This document shows, piece by piece, positions 10,089 to 19,794 of a stretch of 64,000 nt of DNA. The notes beneath the pieces were generated by a model, which was not told the DNA's origin, searched no databases, and saw only the letters and a list, made by a program, of their open reading frames with translations. This DNA comes from Candidatus Multivorans sp. (GTDB lineage: Bacteria > Acidobacteriota > Thermoanaerobaculia > Multivoradales > Multivoraceae): positions 1,824,001 to 1,888,000 of the forward strand of contig OZ245033.1 of NCBI GenBank assembly GCA_965224025.1. The letters run 5' to 3'. Each line of letters starts with the position of its first letter. The first letter of the stretch is position 1. Position numbers and translations under genes: made by a program.

Positions 10089-12460
10089 GCCTTCTCCTCC
10101 CGGGTCGCGGCGCCCGCCCTCACCGCACGGCGCGGCCGTCCGAGCCGCCGCACGAAGCCGGCGTCCTGCTTCGAGGCGTGAGCGGCGCCGCTGTCGTGCG
10201 GCGCCCAGCCGACGGGTATCTCCTCGGCCTGCCGCAGGCCGCGGCCGTGGATCACCGGCCGTTCGTCGCGACGGGGGCGGCGCAGCCGCTCGACCCGCGC
10301 GTTGACGGTTCCCCGCGCGAACGCGGCGACGCCCGCAACCCGGCGGTCCGGGTCGAACAGGGCGTTCACGTTGACGCCGCGGCCTCGCGCGTACCGACCG
10401 TAGTCCGCATGGCCGCCGCCGACCGGCACGCCCACGCACCCCGGCCGCACGGTCGGCAGAACGATCGCGGGCAGTTCGATCTCGGCGGCGGTTCCGGTCA
10501 GCCGCACGATGTCGCCGGTGCGGATGCCGAGGCGATCCGCGTCGGCAGTGGCCATCTCGGCCCACGATCCCCACATCACGGTCGACAGCGGGTCCGGCAA
10601 CTCCTGCAGCCACGGACGGTTCGCGCCCTGGCCGTCGCCGAGCTTCAGCGACTCGAACGGAATCAGCGTGAAGGACTCCACGCCAGCCGGAGCGGCCGGG
10701 GACGGCAGGGAGGCCGGATCGGGGAGTCCGGCCGGGGCGTCGTTCGCGGCGCCCCGAGTTGGCGCGCGACGCCTCTCCTCGGTCCCGACCAAGCCGCCGG
10801 CATCCGTGGTCCTGCGCACGAACTGGCGTGCGTTCAGGGCGCCCGCGATAAGGGAAGCGGGCAACGCGCCGGCCCCCTCGGCATCCGCTCTGGTCGCGGT
10901 GAAGGCATCGCTGAGCGCGGCCTCAACGGCCTCCTGGAAGCCCGGCCAGGGAAGCTCCGTGCCGGAAGCCGCCGCAAGGGCCAGGACCACGTCGCCCGGA
11001 TGCCGCGCCTCGCCCCTCGGCGCCACCGTCGGCGACGCGATGAGCAGCGCGGGCACCCCGAGCACCGGATCCGGCTCGATCGCCTGGAAGCGCTCCAGGT
11101 CGGTCTGGATCGGCAGCACCAGGTCGGCGCGAAGTGTCGTGTCGTCGAAGAAGGCGGAAAGCGCGATCACGGTGCCCGCACCGTCGATGGCGGACTCGAA
11201 CCGCGGCATCGCATGCAGCGGATCGGCCTCCGAGACGACGAGGACGCCGGACGCGCCGGCGCCGTCCAGCCGGTCGGCCAGCGCCGCCGGTGGCGCGGCC
11301 GCGTCGGCGTCGCCAGCCAATCGGTCCTCGAAGCCGAAGTCCACACCGGCGAAGACGCCGCCTTCGCGGCCCACGACGCCCAGCAACACGTTGAGCGCCA
11401 GCGCGGCCGCGCCCGCGGCGAGGCCGTTCTCGCCCTCGAGCGCGGATCCCCCGATCATCACCAACGGCCGGCGAGCGCGGGAGAGTTCGCTGGCGAGCCG
11501 CTCGATCCGGTCGGAATCGATGCCGCAGCGCTCGGCGGTGCCGGCCAGGTCGGTCGGCGCCTCGGGGTAGAGCGCCTCGTAGGCGGCTCGCGCGTCTTCC
11601 GGCACCTTCCCCGAAGCAATCAACAGCCCGGCCAGGCCGCGCGCGAACACGCCTTCACTACCGGGCACCACAGGCAGCCAGTCGTCGGCGTTCGCGGCGG
11701 TCAACGAATGCCGCGCCTCGACCTGAACCAGCTTGCCGCGACGATCGGCGGTCAACTCCGCCCAGGCGCCGGCAAAGTGGGCCGCACTCCGCCAGCCGTC
11801 GAGGAATGGCGCGCCGATGCTGAGCACGTAGTCCGCCCGGGCCATGTCATACGCCGGACGAACCGGCTCGCCAAGAGCGACTCGCGCCGCCTCGCGTTCC
11901 ACAACCAGGTCGGCGGACTGCCAGTGGACCGGCGCGGGCGCGCCGACCGAGGCGGCAAACCGCCGCCACAGGCCGAGGAGCGGTCCCGACGGCGCGCCCG
12001 AGACGAGCGTCGTCGCCGCCGGCGAGGCCGCAATCGCCCCCGCCGCGGCCTCCAGCGCCTCCTCCCAGGACACCGGCTCCAACTCACCCGAAGCGCCCCG
12101 CCGCATCGGTTCCGTCACCCGGTCCGGGTGATACAGCTCCTGGAGCGCCGAATGCCCGAGCGCGCAGACGCCGCCGCGGTTGACGAAGCCGTCCGGCAGC
12201 CCCTCGATCTTCTTCGCCAACCGATCGACGGTCCGCACTTCGATCTCGCAGCCAGCGCCGCACTGCCCGCAGATCGACCGCCGCCACACCGAGGCTCCAG
12301 GCAGAGCCGTACTCCGCCGCACCGGCGACTCGATCAGTTCCTGGTCCCGCCGCCGGCAGCCCTCGAGCACCGCTATTCCGGCCGCGGCGTAGACCTTCAA
12401 GAAGTCCCGCCGGCCGATCGTGACCCGGGGTTCACCGCGCTTGCCGTCGCCGCCGCTCAT
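10085..12460 (-). CDS. Molybdopterin oxidoreductase-family subunit with Tat signal (ActB1/QrcB-like)
   Basis: RRDFLK Tat motif, LEGC lipobox-like site, CGQCGAGC...C, ANRPWLQELPDP, molybdopterin-dinucleotide-binding C-domain. Confidence 0.88.
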   Translation of the reverse strand: MSGGDGKRGEPRVTIGRRDFLKVYAAAGIAVLEGCRRRDQELIESPVRRSTALPGASVWRRSICGQCGAGCEIEVRTVDRLAKKIEGLPDGFVNRGGVCALGHSALQELYHPDRVTEPMRRGASGELEPVSWEEALEAAAGAIAASPAATTLVSGAPSGPLLGLWRRFAASVGAPAPVHWQSADLVVEREAARVALGEPVRPAYDMARADYVLSIGAPFLDGWRSAAHFAGAWAELTADRRGKLVQVEARHSLTAANADDWLPVVPGSEGVFARGLAGLLIASGKVPEDARAAYEALYPEAPTDLAGTAERCGIDSDRIERLASELSRARRPLVMIGGSALEGENGLAAGAAALALNVLLGVVGREGGVFAGVDFGFEDRLAGDADAAAPPAALADRLDGAGASGVLVVSEADPLHAMPRFESAIDGAGTVIALSAFFDDTTLRADLVLPIQTDLERFQAIEPDPVLGVPALLIASPTVAPRGEARHPGDVVLALAAASGTELPWPGFQEAVEAALSDAFTATRADAEGAGALPASLIAGALNARQFVRRTTDAGGLVGTEERRRAPTRGAANDAPAGLPDPASLPSPAAPAGVESFTLIPFESLKLGDGQGANRPWLQELPDPLSTVMWGSWAEMATADADRLGIRTGDIVRLTGTAAEIELPAIVLPTVRPGCVGVPVGGGHADYGRYARGRGVNVNALFDPDRRVAGVAAFARGTVNARVERLRRPRRDERPVIHGRGLRQAEEIPVGWAPHDSGAAHASKQDAGFVRRLGRPRRAVRAGAATREEKA

Positions 12461-12467
12461 CCCGTCC

Positions 12468-12971
12468 TCACCGGTGGCAGGCCAGGCAATCGTCGCTGGC
12501 CTCGTTGTCGCGGTGGCACTCGACGCACCATCCCATGTCGGCGACGTTGCGCACCGGCTCGGCCACGGTCATCGAGGTGACGTCACCGTGGCAGGTCAGG
12601 CACTCGACCCCGGCGCGAGCATGGGCGCGGTGGTTGAAGTGGACCATCGCCTTGTCCGGGATCACGTTCACCTTCGCCCACAGGATCGGCTCCCGGTTCT
12701 CGTTCGCGAGCATCACCTTCTGGACCTCGGGATGGTCGGGAATCTCGCGTCGGTGACAGCCGGCGCATGCCTGGACCGAGGGCATGCCCGCGTGGACCCC
12801 CTCCTCCGCGCCGCGATGGCAGCGCGTGCACTCGAGCCCCGCCTCGATGTGGACCTCGTGGTTGTAGGCGATCGGCTGTTCAGGCGTCGGCAGGTTCCGG
12901 GTCGGGCCGCAAGCGCCGGATGCGAGGGCGATTCCTGCCAGGAACAGCCGACGGGTCGTGCCGCGGACCAA
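12468..12971 (-). CDS. Pentaheme cytochrome c (cytochrome c3/c7 family, ActA/QrcA-like)
   Basis: Five CxxCH motifs (CTRCH, CAGCH, CLTCH, CVECH, CLACH), PEQPIAYNH, MGWCVECH; TTG start inferred. Confidence 0.9.
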   Translation of the reverse strand: MVRGTTRRLFLAGIALASGACGPTRNLPTPEQPIAYNHEVHIEAGLECTRCHRGAEEGVHAGMPSVQACAGCHRREIPDHPEVQKVMLANENREPILWAKVNVIPDKAMVHFNHRAHARAGVECLTCHGDVTSMTVAEPVRNVADMGWCVECHRDNEASDDCLACHR

Positions 12972-12975
12972 GCTT

Positions 12976-13587
12976 CTAGACCTCGCGGATCCGCTGGTAC
13001 GAAGGGACTTCCTGAAGCCGCGTCCAGTAGCGTCGCACGTTGTCGCCGAAGTCGTCGATGCCGAGCGACGTGGCCAGGTGCAGGCCGTAGCCCACGCAGA
13101 TGTCGGCGATCGTGAAGCGGCCGCAGCACAGAAAGTCACGGCCGTCCGAGGTCGCCTTCTCCACCAGCCGGAGCCGGCCCAGGAACCACCTGCGGTAGTC
13201 CTCGGCGACCTGGGGAACCCGGCGCTCCTTGGGTTCGAGGCGGGTGTAACGGAGGAACAGCGTCTGCGGGAAGGTCAGGGTCGCGTCGCTGTAGAAAAGC
13301 CAGTTCAGGTACGCGCCGTACTCCGGGTCGTCCACGTCGACGGCGACCGGCGTCGGGCCGTAGCGGTCGACCAGGTACTTGGTCATCCCCGAGGACTCCG
13401 TCATGTGGACATCGCCGTCGATCATGTACGGGACCGTACCCAGGACGTTGGTTCCCAGGTAGTCCTTCTTGAAGACCCGCGGCGGGAAGGGCAGCACGTG
13501 CAGGTCGTAGTCGATGCCCATCTCCTCCAGCGTCCACACCGGACGGAGCGAGCGGGCGCCCTTGCAGTGGTAGAGCTGAATCGTCAC
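12976..13587 (-). CDS. Glutathione S-transferase family protein
   Basis: LYHCKGARSLRPVWTLEEMG, GTVP...ESS, FTIADICVGY; GTG overlaps the upstream stop. Confidence 0.88.
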   Translation of the reverse strand: MTIQLYHCKGARSLRPVWTLEEMGIDYDLHVLPFPPRVFKKDYLGTNVLGTVPYMIDGDVHMTESSGMTKYLVDRYGPTPVAVDVDDPEYGAYLNWLFYSDATLTFPQTLFLRYTRLEPKERRVPQVAEDYRRWFLGRLRLVEKATSDGRDFLCCGRFTIADICVGYGLHLATSLGIDDFGDNVRRYWTRLQEVPSYQRIREV

Positions 13588-14387
13588 GACGAATCGCCGG
13601 CGCCGACGGCAGCCACCGCCCAACTCGGTTTCCTCTTCTCGCGGAACGCGGCCATGCCTTCGGCCGCTTCCTCGCCCTGGAACATGCGACGGCTCCAGCC
13701 CTGGGTCAGCTCGAACCCTTCGGCCAGCGAGATGTCCGGCACCGCACGCACTAGCTTCTTGCACTCGACGACCGCCGTCGGACCGCCCAGGTTGATCGCG
13801 TCGATCTCCTCCTGGACCACCGACCACAGATCGTCGCGCGGCACCGCTTTGTGCGCCAGCCCGTACTCGACGGCCTGCCGGCCGTTGAATCGGTCGCCGG
13901 TCAGGAACAGCCTCATGCCGTGATGCGGTCCCAGCTTGCGAAGGCAGACGACGGCGATGATCGCCGGGATGACGCCGATCCGCACTTCGCTGAAGCTGAA
14001 CATCGCTTCCTCCGCGGTGATGACCAGATCGGAGGCCGCGACCATGCCCAGCCCGCCGGCGAAGGCGTGGCCGTTCACCGCGGCGATCACGGGCTTCTCA
14101 CCCTCCCAGATCGCGGTCAGCAGATCCGGATAGGGCACGATTCGGTCCGACTCGCCCTCGCCGGGTTGCCGCTTGAGGTCCGCGCCCGAGCAGAAGCCCT
14201 TGCCGGCACCGGTGATCACGATCGACCGGACGGCGTCGTCGACCTGGGCCGCCGTCAAGTGGTCATAGACCTCGGTGATCAGACCCGGCGACAGTGCGTT
14301 GCGCCGTTCCGGACGGTTGAGCGTGATGACGGCCGCGCCACTGCGGACTTCGTAGAGCGTGTATTCGGTCCCCGGCTGGTTCCCCAT
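13584..14387 (-). CDS. Enoyl-CoA hydratase (AtuE/LiuC-like)
   Basis: ITLNRPERRNAL, FCSGADL, AFAGGLGM, FSEVRIGVIP, EGMAAFREKRKP. Confidence 0.9.
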   Translation of the reverse strand: MGNQPGTEYTLYEVRSGAAVITLNRPERRNALSPGLITEVYDHLTAAQVDDAVRSIVITGAGKGFCSGADLKRQPGEGESDRIVPYPDLLTAIWEGEKPVIAAVNGHAFAGGLGMVAASDLVITAEEAMFSFSEVRIGVIPAIIAVVCLRKLGPHHGMRLFLTGDRFNGRQAVEYGLAHKAVPRDDLWSVVQEEIDAINLGGPTAVVECKKLVRAVPDISLAEGFELTQGWSRRMFQGEEAAEGMAAFREKRKPSWAVAAVGAGDSS

Positions 14388-14419
14388 GCCAATCCTCCTC
14401 GCGTCAACGCGCCGCGCCC

Positions 14420-16420
14420 TTAGGCCGCGTCCTCGTCGATGACCACGAGCAGCTCGCCGTTCCCCACCTGCTCGCCCTCGCCGACCCGGAACTCGGAGAC
14501 CGTGCCCGGCGCCGGCGCGGTCACGCGGTGCTCCATCTTCATCGCTTCCAAAACCAGGAGGAGTTGACCCGACTCGACCCGATCTCCAACCGCGGCGTGG
14601 GTCGAGATCACCTTGCCCGGCATCGGCGCCGTCAGACCGCCGGCGACCGTTTCCAGCCCGGCGACCGGGAAGCGCGGCAGTTCCCGCAGTTCGACGTCGC
14701 CCTCCGGACCGTGCACGAGCCAGCGGTCGCCGTCGGCCGTCACGGTCGCCCGGAATCTGCGGCCGTCGATCACGATTTCGACGCCGTCCGCAGTGCGCCG
14801 GCGCAACTCGACCATGTGTCGGCTCGGCTCGCAGTCGCCGGCCGTGGCGCGCGTGTCGAACCGGCCGTCGCGCTGGATCCCGTACTCGATCCGGAGCGCG
14901 CCGCCGGCGGCGGTCATGAAGTCGGCCCGCTCGTAGGGCATCACCGTGTTGCGCCAGCCACTTGTGATCGTCGGATGGATCCGCGCCGCCTGCCTGCGGT
15001 CGTGCTGCGCGGCCATCACCGCACAGATTCCCGCCGCCACCACCTCGCCGGCCGACGGCAAGCGTACCGGCTCGGGCGCCACCCGTTCGATGAAGTCGGT
15101 CGTCGTGTCGCCGGCCAGGTATTCCGGTGAGCGGAGCGTCGCAACCAGGAAGTCCCGGTTGGTCCGAATGCCCTGCACCCGCGTCGTCTCCAGCACTCTG
15201 GCAAGCCGGAGCGCGGCTTCGCGGCGCGTGGCCGCGCCGACGATCACCTTGGCGAGCATCGGATCGAACTCGATGCCCACGTCGCTGCCGCTTTCGATTC
15301 CGGAGTCGAAGCGCGCGTTCATCCCCGGCGCCGGCTGCCAGCACTGCACCCGCCCGGTCTGGGGCAGGAAGTCGTTCGCCGGGTCCTCCGCGTAGAGCCG
15401 GGCCTCGATCGCGTGACCGCGGATGGCCAGATCCTCCTGGGCGAATCCGAGCGCCTCGCCCTGGGCCACCCGGAGCTGCTCTCGGACCAGGTCGAGGCCG
15501 GTGATCTCCTCGGTCACTGGATGCTCCACCTGCAGCCGGGTGTTCACCTCGAGGAACCAGAAGTCGGTCGGCGCGGAACCATCCGCCGGCTGCTCGACCA
15601 GGAACTCGACCGTCCCCGCCGAGCTGTAGCCGATCGCCTGGCCGGCCGCCACCGCGGCCGCTCCCATGCGGGCCCGGAGCTCGTCGCTCACGACCGGCGA
15701 CGGCGCCTCCTCGATGATCTTCTGGTGGCGGCGCTGGATCGAGCACTCGCGCTCGAAGCAGTGGACGAGGTTGCCCTGCAGGTCGCCCAGAATCTGGATC
15801 TCGACGTGCCGCGAGGAGGACAGCCAGCGCTCCAGGAAGACCGTGCCGTCGCCGAACGCGGCCGCCGCCTCGCGGCGGGCACCCTCGACCGCGGCGGCGA
15901 GTTCCGCCTCCGATTCGACCACCCGCATGCCGCGGCCGCCGCCACCGGCCGCGGCCTTGACCAGAGCCGGAAAACCGACTTCCGCCGCCGCGGCCAGGTC
16001 GGCCCCTTCGCCGAGCTCGACGGCCTCAAGCGTCGGCACCTTCGCCTCGCGCATCAACCGCTTGGCCGACAGCTTGTCGCCCATCGCGGCGATCGCCTCG
16101 GGCGACGGGCCCACCCAGACCAGGCCCGCGTCGGTCACGGCGCGCGCGAAGTCCGCGTTCTCGGACAGGAAACCGTAACCGGGATGCACCGCGTCGGCGC
16201 CGGTACGGGCGGCAGCGGCCAGCACCTTCTCGATGTCCCGGTAGGTTTCGGTCGAAGAGCGCCCGTCGAGCGCGATCGCTTCGTCGGCCTCGGCCACGAA
16301 GGGCGCGTCGGCATCGCCGTCGGCGTACACCGTCACGGTCGCAATGCCCATCTCGCGGGCCGAGCGAAAGATCCGCCGCGCGATCTCAGCCCGGTTGGCG
16401 ACCAGGAGCCGCGTAATCAT
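14420..16420 (-). CDS. Acyl-CoA carboxylase biotin carboxylase/BCCP subunit (AtuF/LiuD-like)
   Basis: LVANRAEIA, HPGYGFLSEN, RECSIQRRHQK, EVNTRLQVEHPVTE, biotin motif EAMKM. Confidence 0.93.
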   Translation of the reverse strand: MITRLLVANRAEIARRIFRSAREMGIATVTVYADGDADAPFVAEADEAIALDGRSSTETYRDIEKVLAAAARTGADAVHPGYGFLSENADFARAVTDAGLVWVGPSPEAIAAMGDKLSAKRLMREAKVPTLEAVELGEGADLAAAAEVGFPALVKAAAGGGGRGMRVVESEAELAAAVEGARREAAAAFGDGTVFLERWLSSSRHVEIQILGDLQGNLVHCFERECSIQRRHQKIIEEAPSPVVSDELRARMGAAAVAAGQAIGYSSAGTVEFLVEQPADGSAPTDFWFLEVNTRLQVEHPVTEEITGLDLVREQLRVAQGEALGFAQEDLAIRGHAIEARLYAEDPANDFLPQTGRVQCWQPAPGMNARFDSGIESGSDVGIEFDPMLAKVIVGAATRREAALRLARVLETTRVQGIRTNRDFLVATLRSPEYLAGDTTTDFIERVAPEPVRLPSAGEVVAAGICAVMAAQHDRRQAARIHPTITSGWRNTVMPYERADFMTAAGGALRIEYGIQRDGRFDTRATAGDCEPSRHMVELRRRTADGVEIVIDGRRFRATVTADGDRWLVHGPEGDVELRELPRFPVAGLETVAGGLTAPMPGKVISTHAAVGDRVESGQLLLVLEAMKMEHRVTAPAPGTVSEFRVGEGEQVGNGELLVVIDEDAA

Positions 16421-16449
16421 GCCGCCCTCCAAGGGATCACGCCGCCGCC

Positions 16450-18081
16450 TCACATCCGGAAAACGGCATAGCCCTTCGCTCCCTCGACCGCCCGGCTGTG
16501 GCAGGCGGACAGCGACAGGCCGAGGACCGTGCGGGTGTCGCGCGGGTCGATGAGCCCATCGTCGGAGACCCGGGACGTCGCGTAGAGACCCAGCGAACGC
16601 TTCTCCGCCCAGTGGATCACTCCGGCCGCGCGCTTCCTGTCCGCCTCTTCGTCGAACTCGACGCCGCGCCGCTGCGCGGCCCTCCGGGTCACGATCGTCA
16701 TCACGCCGGCCATCTGTTCCGGGCCCATCACCGCGATCTTCGCGGTCGGCCAGATGTAGGTGAACCGGGTGCCGTACGCGCGGCCGCTCATGCCGTAGTT
16801 GCCGGCGCCGTACGACGCGCCCACGATCACCGACAGGTGCGGCACGGTCGAGTTCGCGACCGCGTTGATCATCTTCGAGCCGTTCTTCGTGATCCCGCCC
16901 TGCTCGTAGTCCGTGCCGACGATGTAGCCCGTGATGTTGTGAAGGAACAGGAGCGGCGCGTCGATCTGGTTGCAGAGCTGAATGAACTGAGTCGCCTTCT
17001 CGGCCGACTCGGAGAACAGCGCGCCGTTGTTGCCCAGGATGCCCACCGGGTAGCCATGGATTGAGGACCACCCGCAGACGATCGTCGGCCCGTAGAGCGG
17101 CTTGAACTCCTCGAAGCGGGAGCCGTCGACGACTCGCCCGATCACCTCGCGGATGTCGAGGGGCGAGCGCAGGTCACGCGAGACGAGGCCGAGCAACTCG
17201 TCGGGATCGAGCACCGGATCATCGGGCGGCAGGCTCGGCCCGGGGCCTTCCTTGCGCCAGTTCAGGTGGTGAACCACGTCTCGAAGCAACCGGATGCCGT
17301 CCATCTCGTCCAGGGCCAGGTAGTCGCCCAGTCCCGAGACGCGGCAGTGCATGTCGGCGCCGCCGACGCTCTCCGGCTCGGCGTCTTCCCCAGTCGCCAT
17401 CTTGACCAGGGGCGGGCCGCCGAGCGAGACCATCGCCTGGTTCTTGACGAAGATGTTGTAGTCGCTCATCCCCGGCTGGTAAGCACCGCCCGCCGTTGAG
17501 GCGCCGAAGACGATCGACACCGTCGGAATGCGCATCTTGGAGAGCTCGGAGATCTCGTAGAAGAGGCGGCCGGACTCGGCGAAGTGCCCGATGGTCCGCT
17601 TCGTTTGCGCGTTCGGATCGTCCCCCGTGTTGCCGCGCAGGTCAGCGCCCGCCGACTCCACGAACTGGACGTAGGGCAGCCGGTTGACCCGCGCGATCTC
17701 GAGGCCACGCATGAGCTTCTTCGAGTTGAACTCGTTGAAAGCACCGGCCCGAACCGACGGGTCGTGCCCGAGGATCACGCACTCCGTGCCCGAGATCACG
17801 CCGACGCCGAGCACGAACCCTGAGCCGACCGTGTAGTAGGAGTTCCAGGCCGCGAGCGGCGAGATCTCGAGGAACGGGCTGTCCCGATCGAGCGCGTTCG
17901 CCACGCGCTCGCGCACTGGCAGCTTGCCGCGGCTCCGCAGGCGATTCATCGCCTCCGGCCCGCCGCCACCGGACACCTGCTCGAGCAGGCCGTTCACCTG
18001 CTCGATCTGCTCCAGGATGTCGTCGCGGTTCTTCTTGAACTGCTCCGACCGGACGTCGACGTTGGATCTGAGAGCCTGCAT
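16450..18081 (-). CDS. Acyl-CoA carboxylase carboxyltransferase subunit (AtuC/LiuB-like)
   Basis: RGKLPVRERV, VESAGADL, STAGGAYQPGM, GASYGAGNYGM, DDGLIDPRDTR. Confidence 0.93.
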   Translation of the reverse strand: MQALRSNVDVRSEQFKKNRDDILEQIEQVNGLLEQVSGGGGPEAMNRLRSRGKLPVRERVANALDRDSPFLEISPLAAWNSYYTVGSGFVLGVGVISGTECVILGHDPSVRAGAFNEFNSKKLMRGLEIARVNRLPYVQFVESAGADLRGNTGDDPNAQTKRTIGHFAESGRLFYEISELSKMRIPTVSIVFGASTAGGAYQPGMSDYNIFVKNQAMVSLGGPPLVKMATGEDAEPESVGGADMHCRVSGLGDYLALDEMDGIRLLRDVVHHLNWRKEGPGPSLPPDDPVLDPDELLGLVSRDLRSPLDIREVIGRVVDGSRFEEFKPLYGPTIVCGWSSIHGYPVGILGNNGALFSESAEKATQFIQLCNQIDAPLLFLHNITGYIVGTDYEQGGITKNGSKMINAVANSTVPHLSVIVGASYGAGNYGMSGRAYGTRFTYIWPTAKIAVMGPEQMAGVMTIVTRRAAQRRGVEFDEEADRKRAAGVIHWAEKRSLGLYATSRVSDDGLIDPRDTRTVLGLSLSACHSRAVEGAKGYAVFRM

Positions 18082-18187
18082 GCGCCAACCGCTCGCTAGT
18101 CGCGGAGCGGCAAAGAGAAGCCTGCGTTGCGAGCGGCGATCATGTCAGATCGGATCCGCTTCGTGTAGCCGCCACACCAACCCCGAC

Positions 18188-19348
18188 TCAGGCCGCGTTG
18201 TAGGCCCCCTTCCGCCACTCCTCGAGCAGCACGAACTTCTGGATCTTGCCGGACGGCGTCAGCGGGAAGTCGTCGACCCGGTACCAGGCCTTCGGCGTCT
18301 TCTGCGGCGACAGGTTCTCGCGGCAGTACGCGTGGAGTTCCGCGTCCGAGACCGGGTTGGCCGGGTCCGCGTCGCGGATGAAGGCGCCGACGATCTCGCC
18401 CCAGCGCTCGTCCGGCAGTCCTACGACCGCAACGTCCGCGACCCGAGGGTGCTCGAACAGCAGCTCCTCGATCTCGCGCGGGTAGATGTTCTCGCCGCCA
18501 CGGATGATCATGTCCCTCAACCGGCCGGTGATCGTCGTGTAGCCGCGGTCGTCCATCGTGACGAGGTCCCCGGTGTGCAGCCAGCCATCCTGGTCGATCG
18601 TCTCGGCGGTCTTGTCCGGCATCTCGAAGTACCCGAGCATCACGAGATACCTGCGGCAGCAGAGTTCCCCCGGCTCGCCGATCGGCACCGTGGCGCCGGT
18701 CTCGGGATCGATCACCTTCATCTCGGTCTGCGGCAACACCGGGCCAAGCGTGTTCGCCTTGTCCTCCTCGCTGTCGTCCGGCTTCATCAGCGTCACCCCG
18801 GGCGACGCCTCGGTCTGGCCGTAGATGATCGAGAACTGCACGCCGAGCGTGCTTTCGATCCGCCGTACCAGGTCGGCCGGCACCGTCGCGCCGCCCGAGC
18901 AGACGGTGTGGACGGACGACAGGTCGCGGCTGGCGAAGTCGGGCTCCATCGGGTTGCCGCGGAACGAACGCAGGTAGAAGATGCCGGAAGACCTCGACTG
19001 CCGCAGCACGTACTCGAGTTCCTTCGGCTGGTACGCGGGATTGACGGTCACCAGAACGACCCCGGCCAGACCGGCGCCGTACTCCAGCAGCACCCACTCC
19101 GGGATGTTCGGCGCCCAGACCGCGACCCGATCGCCTTTCTCGAAGCGTGCAGCCAGAGCCCGCGCCACGCGCTCCGCGTCGGCCAGGAGTTCGGCATAGG
19201 TCCAGGATCGTCGCTCGCCCGGCACGCCCTCGACCAGAGCGACCTGGTCCGGCGCCCTGGCCGCGGCGTCGCGCAGGATGCCGCCGACGGTCGTCTCGAG
19301 GACAGGTGAACTCGTCTCGGCGGGAACGTAGCTCTCGGTCAGCGGCAT
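18188..19348 (-). pseudogene. AMP-binding acyl-CoA synthetase with an in-frame internal deletion
   Basis: YGQTE, GWLHTGDL, RGGENIYPRE and SGKIQK are present, but the TSGTTG-x-PK loop is absent; only 386 aa; junction at GNPM|EPDF (~18947). Confidence 0.7.
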
Positions 19349-19406
19349 CTCGGTTCTCCTCTGAGCGTTCGGCCCGGAATCGTACCCGTTGAGCGGCCCT
19401 CCCGAC

Positions 19407-19431
19407 CTGGGAACGCGGGCATCCTGCCCGC
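19407..19431. repeat. REP-like palindrome
   Basis: CTGGGAACGCGGGCA-TCC-TGCCCGC hairpin in the intergenic region. Confidence 0.45.
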
Positions 19432-19492
19432 ATACGGCCGGCCAAGACCCTCAAGAGGAATTGGAGTTCACGTCGAGTCTCCCAGTTCTGGT

Positions 19493-19504
19493 CTGACTAG
19501 TCAG
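19493..19504. promoter_or_regulatory. Palindromic operator for TA autoregulation (putative)
   Basis: Perfect palindrome CTGACTAGTCAG ~15 bp upstream of the antitoxin start. Confidence 0.5.
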
Positions 19505-19518
19505 TTACACTTGGCCGC

Positions 19519-19794
19519 ATGACCATCATGTACTCGACCTACGAAGCGAAGGCGCGTTTCTCGGAAGTGCTCCGGCACGTCCGGCAGGGGAAGACGATAA
19601 CGATCTCCTACCGAGGGAAGCCGGCGGCCGAGATTCGCCCGATCAAGCCGAAGAAGCAGACGCTCGAAGAGAGGCTGGAGCAAATGGAGCGCGAGGGCAC
19701 TCTGGTTGGCTCGAAGTCCCGCAAGCGGAACTTCAGAACGATCGAACGCCGCCCCGGCGCGCTGGAGCGGTTCCTGGCCGACCGCAACGAGTGA
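19519..19794 (+). CDS. Phd/YefM-family antitoxin
   Basis: YSTYEAKARFSEVLRHVRQGKTITISYRGKPAAEI; overlaps the PIN gene. Confidence 0.9.
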   Translation: MTIMYSTYEAKARFSEVLRHVRQGKTITISYRGKPAAEIRPIKPKKQTLEERLEQMEREGTLVGSKSRKRNFRTIERRPGALERFLADRNE

